A DNA stretch of 63,162 bases, the filler included, from Reclinomonas americana ATCC 50394 (taxonomy: Eukaryota), in the NCBI GenBank assembly GCA_048213135.1. It is 4 parts of 2 records of this genome, joined end to end, with 100 filler letters (N's around TTAATTAATTAA, not from the genome) between each part and the next. Parts side by side here need not be neighbours in the genome. Positions count along the whole stretch, not along the records: positions 1 to 24,451 come from PS015166.1; 3 more parts are not named here. One strand, written 5' to 3'. Below the pieces are notes generated by a model. The model did no database searches. It worked only from the letters and a program-made list of their open reading frames with translations, and was not told the DNA's origin. Shown piece by piece: positions 11,901-24,551 of the stretch (position 1 is its first letter; each line of letters opens with the position of its first letter). The position numbers and the translations under genes are program-made.

Positions 11901-14900
11901 TGGTGGTGGTGGTGGCGACGACACGCCGTCCAAGCTCGGTCGCCGATGGCCCGCAGAACCGACGCGAGCGAGCGGCGGCAGAGCCGCATTGTCGCCGTTG
12001 GCCATGTTTGCGTGGTCCGTGGCATTGTTCGAGGGCATGTGATAGGTTCCCGGCTCTGCGCTACCGGCGACAACGTGGTGATACACGCCGTCGACCAGCA
12101 CATACTCACCGCTTGGCGGCGGGTCGCCTGTGTGGGGGAAATGAAAAAGGAGTAGAAATGAAAAGAGCAACACAAAACAAACGCACCCTCGTCGAGAGCC
12201 GGGTCCCAGAAAAAAGGACGCCCACTGATGGGTGGCAATGAAGCCAGCAGTTGTTCCGTCTTCTCCATGCGCTCCTGCAACTCTGTCCGTCGTCGCTGCT
12301 CAGCCTCCAGAGCCATGCGCATCTCCTCCAACATGTTCTCCAGCTTGGCGGCGGGCTCCTTGGTCGGCGACTCGGCTCCCGATTTCAGTGTGCTCATCAT
12401 CATCGGTGTGGCGTTGGGGTTGGGTTTGGAGCCGGTGCCTGCGCATGGGAAAGGGTGGGTGAGGGGGAGATGAAGGGAAGGGGAAGGGGAACGGGGAAGG
12501 GGAAGGGAGGGGAAAAGGGGAAGGGGAAGGGGAAGGGAAAGGGGAAGGGAAAGGGTGGGTGAGGGAGGGAGGGGAAGGGGAAGGGGGAAGGGGAAGGGGG
12601 AAGGGGGAAGGGGGAAGGGGAAGGGGGAAGGGGAAGGGGAAGGGGAAGGGGGAAGGGGAAGGGGGAAGGGGAAGGGGGAAGGGGAAGGGGGAATGGAGAG
12701 GGAGAGAGGGAGGTGGAGGCATAGGGGAGGGTGGGAGAGGATACCAAGGAAGGTGGGAGTAGTCAAGAGTCGTGGAGTCAGACATTGTGCAAGAGGATGT
12801 GTGATCGCGTGAAAGACAGACAGACAGACAGACAGACAGAGAGAGAGTGAGAGAGAGAGGAGAGAGAGGGAATTAGAAAGAAACGAGAAGGAGAGAAGAA
12901 TGGGCAAGAGAAAACAGAGGACGTCAAGCAAGTGTGGGGCGACAATACACTGTGGCATGAGGCCAAGAGCACGTGGTGTTAGAATGTGCACATTATGACT
13001 TAAGGACAGGCGCCTACACAGCGCGCGAGAGAGAGATGTGGAAAACGAAGAACAGCAACACGATTAAGAACGTGATTGAGAACAAGGAACAAGAAGGAGA
13101 GACAAGAGAGGAGACGAAACATGAGAAAATGAAGGAGAAGGACGACGAGTCGACACAGAACTGAGGGCAGCAGCAACTGCGTTCGGTATCCAAGACTGGT
13201 GTGCGTATTTATACATGTATGTGTGTGCGTGCGTTATGTGTGTGTGTGAGTGAGTGAGTGAGACTGAGAAAGAAAGATATGCGGTCTCAAAGTCAATCTT
13301 GCTCACATAACTTGTCCCAATATTTTTCTCTCAAAAACTCAATTCCCTCGTCTTTCTCTCTCTCAGTCCTCCTCCCTTCACCTTCACTCTCTCTCTCTCT
13401 TTCTCTCTTTCTCTCTCTTCTTCTCTTCANNNNNNNNNNNNNNNNNNNNNNNNNNNNNNNNNNNNNNNNNNAGAAGGGGGAAGAGAAGGGGGAAGAGAAG
13501 GGGGAGAGAAGGGGGAGAGAAGGGGAAGGGAAAGGGGGAAGGGAAAGGGGGAAGGGAAAGGGGGAAGGGAAAGGGGGAAGGGAAAGGGGGAAGAGAGGTG
13601 AGGCGAAGAAAGGAAGACGAGGGATGGGAACTCTGACAGAGAGCGGAGACGTCAAAGAAAGATGAGCAGTAAAATAGGGGCATGGAAGACTGACGGTGAG
13701 GGGGAAAAGAGGACCACAGAGGTGAGGATGAAAGAATTCGAAGTGTGGTACGGAAGGTAAGAGAGGAAGAGGAAGATGAGACAAGGGACGGAGGTGAAGG
13801 AGGAAGGAGAAGAGAAGGAAGAAGAAAGAAACGTGAACAAAGAGCGGGATGACGGGCAGGAGAGGCAACACAGAGCACGGCAGAAGGCAAAGAGCAAGCA
13901 AGTGAGAGTGGAGTGGAAGACAGACGCACTGGATGAAGGAAAGTGAGAGAGACAGAGAGATGAGACGGTGGTGATAAGAAGGAGAGAATGACCCCAACCC
14001 TCCCTCCATCCTCCAAACTGCACCTTCAAAGAATCCCTTCATGCGCGGTCGCCACGGTGCCCCAGCAGGCTCGCTGGGACCACGCGAGATCTCCTCCAGT
14101 CCCTCGTGCAACTGCTCCACAAACGACGACACGTGCGTGGTGTTGGTGTTGAGGAGTTGCTCCAGTCGATACAGGCGATCGGGAGAGGCGGCAGTCGGCG
14201 GTGAGCGTGCGGCGTTGACCGCTGCCGCCACACTTGACGCTTCGCTGACCGGCACGGCGGCGGCCGGCTTCATGCTGTCCAACATTGACGATCGGAAGCC
14301 AGCAGCTTCGGCGGCGGCGGCAGACGACGGGCTGTTGCCTTTCTTGGCGACTTGCTCGGCCAGCAGAGTTGCGAGCATCTCCTTTGGTGTCTTGTTGGTG
14401 CTCGAGGCCAGCACCGGCAGCGACGGAGGCCCGCCGCTCCCAAACATCGAGTCCAACAGTGGTGTCGCACTGTTGGCGGGCGCCCACGGCGCAATCAACT
14501 CGTTGCTGAGGGCTCCCGGACGTCCGCCACCCATCACCGACGACATGTTCATGGGTGCGTTGGGCACGCGCCCTGCCGCACCCAGTGGGCCTCCGCGTGG
14601 GGCGGGAATGGCGCCGTTGGTGGGTGATGTTGCGGTGCCGCCGAGGAGGCTGAGCTCCAGTGTGCGGCCGATCATGTTGTTGGGATGTGCTTGCTGTGGG
14701 GTGGAGGAGGGAAGGGAGGGGGAAAGAGGACAAGTGTGTCAGAACGTACATAAACATAGGAGACAGAGAGAGAGGGGGGTGGGAGCGGAGGAAATAAGAT
14801 GGCATAACAGAGCACATGTGACAGTGAAGTGGCTGAGAAAAAGAGGTGTGTGTGTGAACAGAACAATTAAGAAAGATAGAGGAGGCGGGGTGCTTGCAGC

Positions 14901-15032
14901 AAGAAGCCCACCAAATCTTGACATAGGAGGCGCACATTGGAAGACAAAGAGTGAGAGCGAGAAGACGGCTGCGTTGAACCAAAGACAAGGTAAAAGAGCC
15001 ACGCGCTGGGCACGAAAGAGAGATGTATACAC

Positions 15033-15080
<48 letters not shown>

Positions 15081-17800
15081 AGAGAAGACGACGGTAGTAC
15101 ATGCGAGTACGAGGTCACGACAAACACGACGCGTGGAGACAAACGAGAGAGACAGAGATAGACATGTACTAGTGGTGCAGACGAGAGACGAGGTGGACGA
15201 NNNNNNNNNNNNNNNNNNNNNNNNNNNNNNNNNNNNNNNNNNNNNNNNNNNNNNNNNNNNNNNNNNNNNNNNNNNNNNNNNNNNNNNNNNNNNNNNNNNN
15301 NNNNNNNNNNNNNNNNNNNNNGGAGAGATGAGCGACAGAGAGAGACAGAGAGAGTCTCTAGGGTTCCCCAAAGTGGGTGACAGAAGGAGCGATACAGCTG
15401 GAATGAGAGTCTGTGAGGGGGCGAGCGAAAAGAGAGACACAAAAAAAGCGATGGAGAGAGTCGACAGTGAGAGGAAAGAGGAGTGCAACTATGAGAAGCA
15501 GAAGACACGAGAGTCTCTGATGAGTGAGAGACACACAACAATGGAGAGTCTCTCGTGTCCCATAAAGTGGATGGGAGTGAGGAGAAGAAGAGGAGCGGGA
15601 GAGAGAGAGCGCGCGCGAGATTGAGAGAGAGACGCAGAGCGAAAGAGCGATATCAGAGATCAGACACTTTCTTTCTCTCTCTGCCTGACTCTCTCCCTCA
15701 CTTCTCTCCTCTCTTTCTCTCTCTCTCTCTCTCTCTCCCCTGCTCCCCTCTCCTCTCCCCACATCACGCCTCCACGCGCACACATCTCCTGCTGACTCAC
15801 CTCCTCATGCTCCACCATATACTCAGGCACCCTCGACCGCGCCATCGAAAACACCGCCTCATCCGCCACCCGCGCGTTACGGTCACCCGTGAGCCGGCCC
15901 AGCATATCCATATCCGAGCGGAACTCGGCAAACGAAGCCTCCATTTCACCACCTCCATTGCTCGCCCTATTCCCATACACAGGCGGCGGCTGATAGAACG
16001 CAGGACCACTAGAAGCAGACGGAGGACTGTGACTGCGACTTCGCGGAGGCGGAGGTCGTCTCTGCTGTTGTGGTGGCTGTGACTGCTTGCGACGTTGTGC
16101 GCCTCCGCCACTGGAGAGAAGTGCATGACGTGCTCTGTTCAACTCGGCGGTGCTGTCGTCCAGTGAGGCGAGCATGGCGCTCAGCTCGGCGTCGGCACCA
16201 CCTCCGCCAACAGAGCGCATGCGACGCACTTTGGTCGACATGGATTGCGTGCGAGCAAGCGCCTCTCGAAACTGATCGCGTTGGTTGGTTCGGTGGATGG
16301 GTCGAAATTGATCGGTGAAGGCCGAGGAAAGGAGAGAACGTGCGGGAAGTGGAGATGTGCAGTGGCGCAGAGAGAGAGTGTGTGCATGTGGCGAGACGAG
16401 TGAAAATTTCGATATCCATAAATCGGACATGCGTGTGTCGGGCTTAGCTTGTACATGTCGGTGGTNNNNNNNNNNNNNNNNNNNNNNNNNNNNNNNNNNN
16501 NNNNNNNNNNNNNNNNNNNNNNNNNNNNNNNNNNNNNNNNNNNNNNNNNNNNNNNNNNNNNNNNNNNNNNNNNNNNNNNNNNNNNNNNNNNNNNNNNNNN
16601 NNNNNNNNNNNNNNNNNNNNNNNNNNNNNNNNNNNNNNNNNNNNNNNNNNNNNNNNNNNNNNNNNNNNNNNNNNNNNNNNNNNNNNNNNNNNNNNNNNNN
16701 NNNNNNNNNNNNNNNNNNNNNNNNNNNNNNNNNNNNNNNNNNNNNNNNNNNNNNNNNNNNNNNNNNNNNNNNNNNNNNNNNNNNNNNNNNNNNNNNNNNN
16801 NNNNNNNNNNNNNNNNNNNNNNNNNNNNNNNNNNNNNNNNNNNNNNNNNNNNNNNNNNNNNNNNNNNNNNNNNNNNNNNNNNNNNNNNNNNNNNNNNNNN
16901 NNNNNNNNNNNNNNNNNNNNNNNNNNNNNNNNNNNNNNNNNNNNNNNNNNNNNNNNNNNNNNNNNNNNNNNNNNNNNNNNNNNNNNNNNNNNNNNNNNNN
17001 NNNNNNNNNNNNNNNNNNNNNNNNNNNNNNNNNNNNNNNNNNNNNNNNNNNNNNNNNNNNNNNNNNNNNNNNNNNNNNNNNNNNNNNNNNNNNNNNNNNN
17101 NNNNNNNNNNNNNNNNNNNNNNNNNNNNNNNNNNNNNNNNNNNNNNNNNNNNNNNNNNNNNNNNNNNNNNNNNNNNNNNNNNNNNNNNNNNNNNNNNNNN
17201 NNNNNNNNNNNNNNNNNNNNNNNNNNNNNNNNNNNNNNNNNNNNNNNNNNNNNNNNNNNNNNNNNNNNNNNNNNNNNTGTGAGAGAGAGAGAGAGTGAGA
17301 GAGAGAGAGAGAGAGAGAGTGAGTGGAGGGGAGTGAGTGAGAGAGAGAGAGAGTGCGTGCGAGAGATGTCCGGTCATCAGCAACACACAAAGAGACACAC
17401 ACACACACACACGTGCGTGTACGCGCGCGCAACTGTACTCGTATGTGACGGTGGCTGCTGGGGCAGGTGGTGCCATGGCCGCGGCTGACGAGCGCGCAAG
17501 GAGAGGCCCGTCGTTGCGCAACATGACACGCGCAAAAGTGGACTCGGGGTCATGCTGTTGTTGTTGTTGTTGTTGTTGTTGTTGCCGCGGTGGAGGCAAC
17601 AGCACTCGGTTGTCGTTGACAGGCGCTTCCTGTTGTTGTGGCTGTTGTGGTTGTTGGCCACGTTGAGAAGGGACGCGTATGGCCAGTGGCGAGAGTGGAG
17701 GCATGAGCGAGGGAATGCCGCTGTCGCCGGCTGGAAGTCGAAAAGAGGGCGCTCGAGCGGCCCAGTAGGCGCCCTCGAGTTCCTTATCTCGTTGTGACAT
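8949..17800 (-). CDS. Pro/Ser-rich protein with a short coiled coil and C-terminal ankyrin repeats
   Basis: Terminal exons splice to GNTMLIIGAQNGHKNVLKLMAKHKCNLNAQN|GKGQTALHFCFAYGYTDLGEWLIAKGAD|DTLRNSFGLSCYEGLQRD* (TGA 8949-8951). Upstream exons are phase-compatible through 12439-12188, ~14690-14026 and ~16273-15801 towards ATG 17800. Gaps prevent proving that this is a single gene. Confidence 0.7.
12470..12700. repeat. (GAAGGG)n-type polypurine tract; (CCCTTC)n on the transcribed strand near the 3' end of an intron
   Basis: Directly visible; similar tracts at 13472-13600 and 59545-59720. Confidence 0.9.
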
Positions 17801-18665
17801 CGAGAGAGCGATTTATGTGTGATTCATCCGTTGACCTGTGCGGTTTTGGACAACCGACGCGATGAGCTGTGCAGTGACGACAGCTGCGGGTGAGTGCGGG
17901 GGATGCGTTTGTGGTATTAATGTGCAGGCGTGGGCGCGTGTGGTATGCGCGTGCCTGCTAGTGCAGTTCACGGGGAAAACTGAGTGCGCATTCGCGATCG
18001 ATATCGACGTCGTGATCGATATTTTGCGACGTTTCAAGCCCGCGAATTGAAGGCGGAAGGTCGGCTGCAAACCATCACAATTCTGGATTCACCTGGAGGA
18101 GCAAAGGATCAAATTGCTTCGCTAGCCGTTACTACTGCTGCCGAATTTGATTGGATTCGATTGGCAATGGTTTTTGTTCGCTTGGATAGCTGCTCGGCCG
18201 AAGGCCAGAGCTGCTCTCTATCTCCAGCTGGAATACGTACCCGAATGGCCTCTGCGCCGACCACCCGGTGTGCGCGATCGATCTCTGCACCTGCATAACG
18301 TGTACGTTGAACTTGGTAATCAAGGCTCTGTGTTGATGTTTTGGATACGGTTGAACTTGGTCATCAAGACAGCTGTTGCTTGTTTGTTGGTGAATGAATT
18401 GTTGTTGTTGTTATAGATCTACTGCGCGCAGCGCTGCTGCTTGTTTGTTGGTAAATGAAGTTGCTGTTGAAAATCGTCATTGCAGAAACGTGCCTTCATT
18501 CACCACACCTGCCTGCGATTCGCGTACACAGAAACGTCAGGATTAGACATCAGACTTTGTTTGGTTGCGAGTGACCATCATGCAGGCAGCTGTGCTGCTG
18601 TGTGGATTCGTAAAAAATATTGTTGTCGTTGTTCCCGGTAGTCAAACCTCGATCGCGAACGCGTG

Positions 18666-21600
18666 CTACAGGGCCGAATCTGCGGGCGGTGCCGCACCAG
18701 CATTATTAGTAGCATGCGCTTGCAACGCATCGTTGTGGAGAAGAAGTTCGATGTCGTCATCGCCAACTGGAATAACATGCACGCCTTGCACGTGTACATG
18801 TACACCAGCATGCCGACGCTGCAGCGCCACTCGCCGACGCCAGTGCACCAACAACCAGACGACAATTGACAACACGGCCACTCCGGCGGCACACGAAACA
18901 CCAATCACAACCCATTTCCACACAGCAGGCAGCGGTGTTGGATCCGCAAGAGAACGACCAGCAGCAGGCCTAGATACTGAACTGCCGCCACCCGTCTTTG
19001 CACGCAGGTTGGCCGATGGGAGCGACTGGCCAAACGAGTTGATGGCGCGCACATTCATGACGTACGGCGTGCCAGGCTGCAGGTTCGACTGAGTGAACGT
19101 GTAGTTTGCGCGCGACGACGACGAAGTCGAGTCGGCGGCGTTCATGTAGCCGATAATCACGTTACCGCCATTCTCCGGGAACGTCTGGATCTGGTAGCTG
19201 GTGATCTGCGCCAGACCAGCGTAAACCGGGGTCGAGAAGCTGATGGTGATTGATGTGCTGGTGACAGCGAGGAGAATCGGGGCGGCCGGCGCGGCAGCCT
19301 GGCCCGTCTGCGTCCGAGCACCCTGAACTGGAGTGCCAATGTTGTTGTTGGCGGTGCCCTGCGAGCCCTGGCCGAGGCCGACAGTGTTGCCACCGATCAG
19401 CACCATGCGGTAGCGTGACGACGGCTTGATGGTCTGGAACAGCTGCACGCAAGTGCCGGCAGTGGCCGGGTTGGTGCCGCTGCCGAGCACAGCAGTGTTC
19501 ATGCCCAGCCCGTCAGCGGCGGCCGGGTTGCCAGTCGACGCCAGGTAGCGGCTCGTCCACTGCCAGTACACAAGGTAGTAGGTGGTGGCCGCAGTCGTGC
19601 CCGAGCCCACCGCAGTCCACGACACGAGGTACTCGTTGGCGGCGTAGAAGTCCAGCGACGGGGTGCCAGCAGCCGGCACAATGCCAGTCGTAGTCACCGG
19701 CGACGCCTGGATGTAGATCGACAGCGAGTTGTCGCCTGTGCCAACCGAGTTGGAGGCGTTGAGGAAGAAGCGGTAGAAGTTGCCGTTCACCACCGTCACA
19801 GATGCCCTGGTGTCGGTGGCACCCACCGCCACCGCCGGGTTCGGCGCAGTCGTGCCCGACACACCAGTCAGAGCCTGGTGAGAGATGGCAGTCGACGCGC
19901 CAGTGGCAGTCGTCCACGAAAATGAAATCGCCGTGCCAGTGTTGCTGGTCACCGCAAAGTTGGGCTGGTCATTCGGCACCTGGCCCGTCAGCACGTTGTT
20001 GTTGAGGCCGTTGCCGAGGATGCCGTCGCCGAAGGTGGCCTGAGTGGTCGAAGTGCCAATGCCATTGATGCCGCGCACATCGATAAAGTAGTTGGTGGCG
20101 TCGGTGAGGCCGCGGATCACGGCCTGCGGCACCGACGTGGTAATGTGGATCGGCATGTTGCTTGTCACTGCGCGCCAAGACACCTGCCACTGGTTCACGA
20201 AACCCTGGCCGCCAGTCTCCTGCGGCTGGCCCCAGCTGAGCGAGATCGAGGTCGAACGCTTGAGCAGAAGGTTTGACGACAGCGACGTGATGCCGCCAGG
20301 AAGCACAGCCGAGGCGGCCGTGGTGATGGTGATGGCCGACGCAGACCAGGCAGTCTGGTAGCCGTTGAACGACGCCACGCCAATGCGGTACTTGGTGTTG
20401 GAGGTGAGGCCATTCACCGTCAGCGTCGTGGTGCTCGAGCCGAACGAGCCAGTGAGCTGAGTCACAAAGTTGTCCGGCACGAAGGTGGTCGAGGTGACGT
20501 TGGTCAGGTTCTGCACCAGCACCTGCACGCCAACGTAATTTTTGAAGCCGTCCGAGGTGTGCAGCGAGTACTGCGTGCCCGACACAGTCGACGGGGTCGA
20601 CAGCGTGAAGGTGGCGTAGCCGGAGCCAGTTGTGCCAGCCGAGCCGCCAGTGGTCAGAGCCGGCAGCGGGTACGGGCGCACAATCGAGTTGGCAATCTGA
20701 GACAGAGTGCCCGACTGAGCACCGCTCTGCGTCGAGGTCACACCAGAGTCCGAGCGGGTGTTGGTGGCCTGCACGGCGTAGGTGTACGACTTGCCCGGAA
20801 TGGTCGGGAACGAGAAGTTGGTGGTCAGCATCGTCCACGTGTACGTGCGGTTGCAGTTGTTGGTGTTCTGCGTCACAATGTAGCCGTTGATGGAGGTGCC
20901 ACCAATGCCAATCGGCGACGCCCACGAGGCGTTGGTGAGGGTGTCCTGGTAGTAGTTGCCAGAGAAGCCCACACCACCAGTCGAGCCGCCCTCCGAGTTG
21001 ACCACACCGCCGACGAGCGTCGGGGCGGCCGGGGCAATCGGTGCGTCATCTGTGTGGTGGGGGAGTAGGGAGGAAGTGGATGAGATACTAATATTCAAAA
21101 CAAGCAGATGGTTTCCGTGTCCTGTCCTCTTTCTTTCCCCTCCTTTCCCCCTTTCACGCAACTGGTGTTGTGAGTGGTCTGAGTGATCGGGCCAGCAGCC
21201 GTGGCCGAGTTGGTCGACGTGGCAGTGGCGTACACCTGGTACGTGTACGACGTGTTGGCCGTCAGCGTCGTGTCGGCAGTGTAAGCGGCAGTGGTCGCCC
21301 AGCCAGCCGGCAGGGTCACCGTGCCCACAGACACCGGGGTCGCGCTGCCCTGGCCGCGGAAGATCGTGAACACCGTCACGGCGTTGGAGCCAAAGTTCTG
21401 CGGAATCGTCCACTGCAGGAAGATGTTGGTCAGGCCGTACTGCGTCACCGCCAGGTTGGTCGGCGGGTTCGGCACAACACCAGAGGCAGCCGGAGTGGTG
21501 AAGTTGATCGCAGTGCTGAACTGGCAAGTCACCGGGTTGGCGCCAGTGCCAGCCGGGTTGAACGGCGATGTCGGGAACGCAATCGAGAACTGGTTGCTGG

Positions 21601-23214
21601 CGCAGATCCGCAGGAAGACTGTGGTGCCCGCCGGCAGGCCCGTCACGTCCACGAAGTAGGTCGACAGGTTGTTGTTCCACGACTCCGCAGCACCGCTGCC
21701 GTTGGTCGGCGGGATCGAGCTGGTGTCAATGGCGACGGCGGGGTTCACAGTGGCCGCAGTCACCGACGAGGCGCTGGTGGTGTAGTACACCACACGGTAG
21801 GCGCTCACATTCGGAGTCGGCGTCGTCACATTGCTCTGTGAGGCGCTCGAGGTGGCAGTGTTGGAGCCGCCGACGCTGATCGGGGTCGAGAAGTCGAGAC
21901 GCACGCCAGTCGAGAACAGGCGCGAGTACGCCACACCAGTGGGCGCAGCCGGCACCGCACCATTGTTGTCGGTGGTGGCCTGGAGGGAGCCGGCCGCCGA
22001 GGCAGTGGTGTTGTTGTTCACAGTGACGCGGATCTTGGTCGTGTACTGCGTGGCAGCCACAAAGTAGTTGACGGTCCCGCTCGCAATGAAGCCGGTAATC
22101 TGCTGGTAGAAGCCAGAGTTGTACGAGAACAAGCCGTAGAACGAGGTGGCGATGTTGCCGTTGCCAGTCGCGCCGGTGGTGATGGCAGGCTGGTCAGTGC
22201 CGGAGTTGGTCACCGTGTAGGCGGCAGTCGGCGCAGCGGTAGTGTCGCCCGTGCCAAAGGTGGCCGGGTAGTTGAAGGCGACGACAAACGACGTCGAAGT
22301 GACCTGGTCCACAGAGCCAGTGTACGGAGCCACTGCGTAGCCAGTCGGCGTGGCCGGCGCACCCGACGCCAGCGTCACCGTCACGGCAGTCGAGAAGGTC
22401 AAATTGGCACCGTCAGTGCCCGGATGGCCACTGCCGTTGTTGTAGGCGACCGAGATGTCGCACATGACACCGGTCAGACCAGTGACCTTGACGAGCACGC
22501 GGTTGCGCGACAGACCAGAGCTGCCGGCCGGAATGCCAAAGTCGGTCAGGTCGCCAATGGTGGCAACCACAGTCAGGGTACCTACGCCGCAATACGACTT
22601 GATGTACCACGACGGAGCACCACCAATCACGCCCACATTGGCCGCCACACCCTCCCACTCCACCCACGTCGAGGTCGACGTGATGTAGCGCAGGTTGGAC
22701 GACAGCGTCGGGGCCGCAGTCGACACCTTCGTGGCATCCGAGCCGCTGGTGGTCAGAGTGCCGCTCCAGGCCGCAGCCGAGCGGTTCACCTGCGACTCAG
22801 TCCACACGTTGATGGTGTAGCCCTGGCCAGTGGTAGCGTTGGCGGCAGCGAGCGTGCCGATCGTGTAGCCGCGCCACGTGCCAGCAGAGCCAGCATCGGT
22901 GGCGGTCGCAGTGGTGGGACCGGCGTCGCCGATAAGGAACGCGCGGTAGGCAGTGGTGCCGGTGGCGAGGTTGGACGTCTGCTGCACCGTGAGTGAGGTG
23001 TTGATGTCCTGGAACTGATTGGCGCCGTTGCCGACAGAGGAGATGGTCGAGAGACCGCCCTGGCCAACTTGGTCAGCCGGCAGCTGCAACCAGATGGTGG
23101 CCTGAGTGCTGCCAATGTAGTAGATAGCGTTCGAGGACGCGGTGGTGGCAGGAGCGCGGTCTGTAAGAAAGATACAATACAAACGAGTCGATGAGATCTC
23201 AAGTGGAGCGAGCG

Positions 23215-23254
<40 letters not shown>

Positions 23255-24418
23255 AGTAAGAACATAGTAAAAGTTAGCGCCGCGCAACNNNNNNNNNNNN
23301 NNNNNNNNNNNNNNNNNNNNNNNNNNNNNNNNNNNNNNNNNNNNNNNNNNNNNNNNNNNNNNNNNNNNNNNNNNNNNNNNNNNNNNNNNNNNNNNNNNNN
23401 NNNNNNNNNNNNNNNNNNNNNNNNNNNNNNNNNNNNNNNNNNNNNNNNNNNNNNNNNNNNNNNNNNNNNNNNNNNNNNNNNNNNNNNNNNNNNNNNNNNN
23501 NNNNNNNNNNNNNNNNNNNNNNNNNNNNNNNNNNNNNNNNNNNNNNNNNNNNNNNNNNNNNNNNNNNNNNNNNNNNNNNNNNNNNNNNNNNNNNNNNNNN
23601 NNNNNNNNNNNNNNNNNNNNNNNNNNNNNNNNNNNNNNNNNNNNNNNNNNNNNNNNNNNNNNNNNNNNNNNNNNNNNNNNNNNNNNNNNNNNNNNNNNNN
23701 NNNNNNNNNNNNNNNNNNNNNNNNNNNNCGATGTCTGCACTGGAACTGCCGCCACCAAGGTTCACCACCCGAAGCTGCACATTGCCGGCAGATTGACCAG
23801 CGGCGATGGCGTGCGAGAAGGCCATGGTGCCCAGGAGGTCACTCGGGCCCATCGAAACGGTGCCGGTGGCGCCGGCGACGCCGTTGGCGCCGAAAGTGTA
23901 GGGCGTCACTCCAAAGCCCCCGTTGCCAATGACTGTGGCGGCAGTCGTGTTGGCCAAGCAGTTGGTCGTCGTGCTGCCAGTCACCGACCAGCAAGCCACC
24001 AGCACTGGGGCGATGCCGAGAGACGGGTTGGCTGAGTTGTTGAGGGTGATTTCCTGCTGCGACGAAACGTCGAGCGCCACCGTGCCGTCGCCGTTATTGT
24101 TCCGCGCCTGCACACGGACGCGATACGTGGTGTAGAAAGCCGTCGGCAACGCCGAGATCAAGACGTGACCTCCAGACACACGGCCAAAAGTAGTATCGAT
24201 CACCGGCGTGCCAACGGGCGTTCCAAAGGCATTGTACAGTGCAGTGCCGCCATTGCTCGACGCCGCAGCCTCGACCTTCCAGCCGGTTATGGCATCGCCG
24301 GTCAGCTGCGGACTGGTCCAGGAGATCAAGCCGCCATTCGAGGCCGCAGCCACAACGGTTGGGAGCAGAACCTTGCCCGGGGATTGCTTGCCGTCCTGGG
24401 TGGTCACCGAGGTGGTCT
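18666..24418 (-). CDS. Large fibronectin type III repeat, Thr/Ser/Gly-rich type I membrane protein (5' end in gap)
   Basis: Exons 24418-23729, 23161-21163 and 21050-18666 (TAG). FN3 signatures: PNPPTNLAVTQYGLTNIFLQWTIP...LTANTSYTYQVYA; LTDATNYFIDVRGINGIG; LQPGTPYVMNVRAINSFG. TM helix VWKWVVIGVSCAAGVAVLSIVVWLLV followed by HWRRR and a ~60 aa tail. Confidence 0.88.
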
Positions 24419-24495
24419 GCACATTGGGAGGAAACGAGTGAACAAACTGTGNNNNNNNNNNNNNNNNNNNNNNNNNNNNNNNNNNNNNNNNNNNN

Positions 24496-24507
24496 TTAAT
24501 TAATTAA
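24496..24507. other. Artificial contig linker TTAATTAATTAA inside N run
   Basis: Six-frame stop palindrome centred in ~100 N; identical copies at 33735 and 58534. Confidence 0.95.
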
Positions 24508-24551
24508 NNNNNNNNNNNNNNNNNNNNNNNNNNNNNNNNNNNNNNNNNNNN

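Noticed and set aside
12470-12700. (GAAGGG)n as an interstitial telomere or a collagen-like/Pro-rich ORF
   Set aside because: Irregular, not TTAGGG-like, and inside an intron next to the acceptor; best read as an extended polypyrimidine tract.
17813-18560. Short ORFs and a ~40 bp direct repeat (~18371 and ~18430) between the ankyrin and FN3 genes
   Set aside because: No codon bias, splice pattern or recognisable protein; likely UTR or promoter sequence.
24496-24507. Palindrome TTAATTAATTAA (also 33735, 58534) as a biological site
   Set aside because: Always centred in ~100 N; a six-frame-stop assembly linker.
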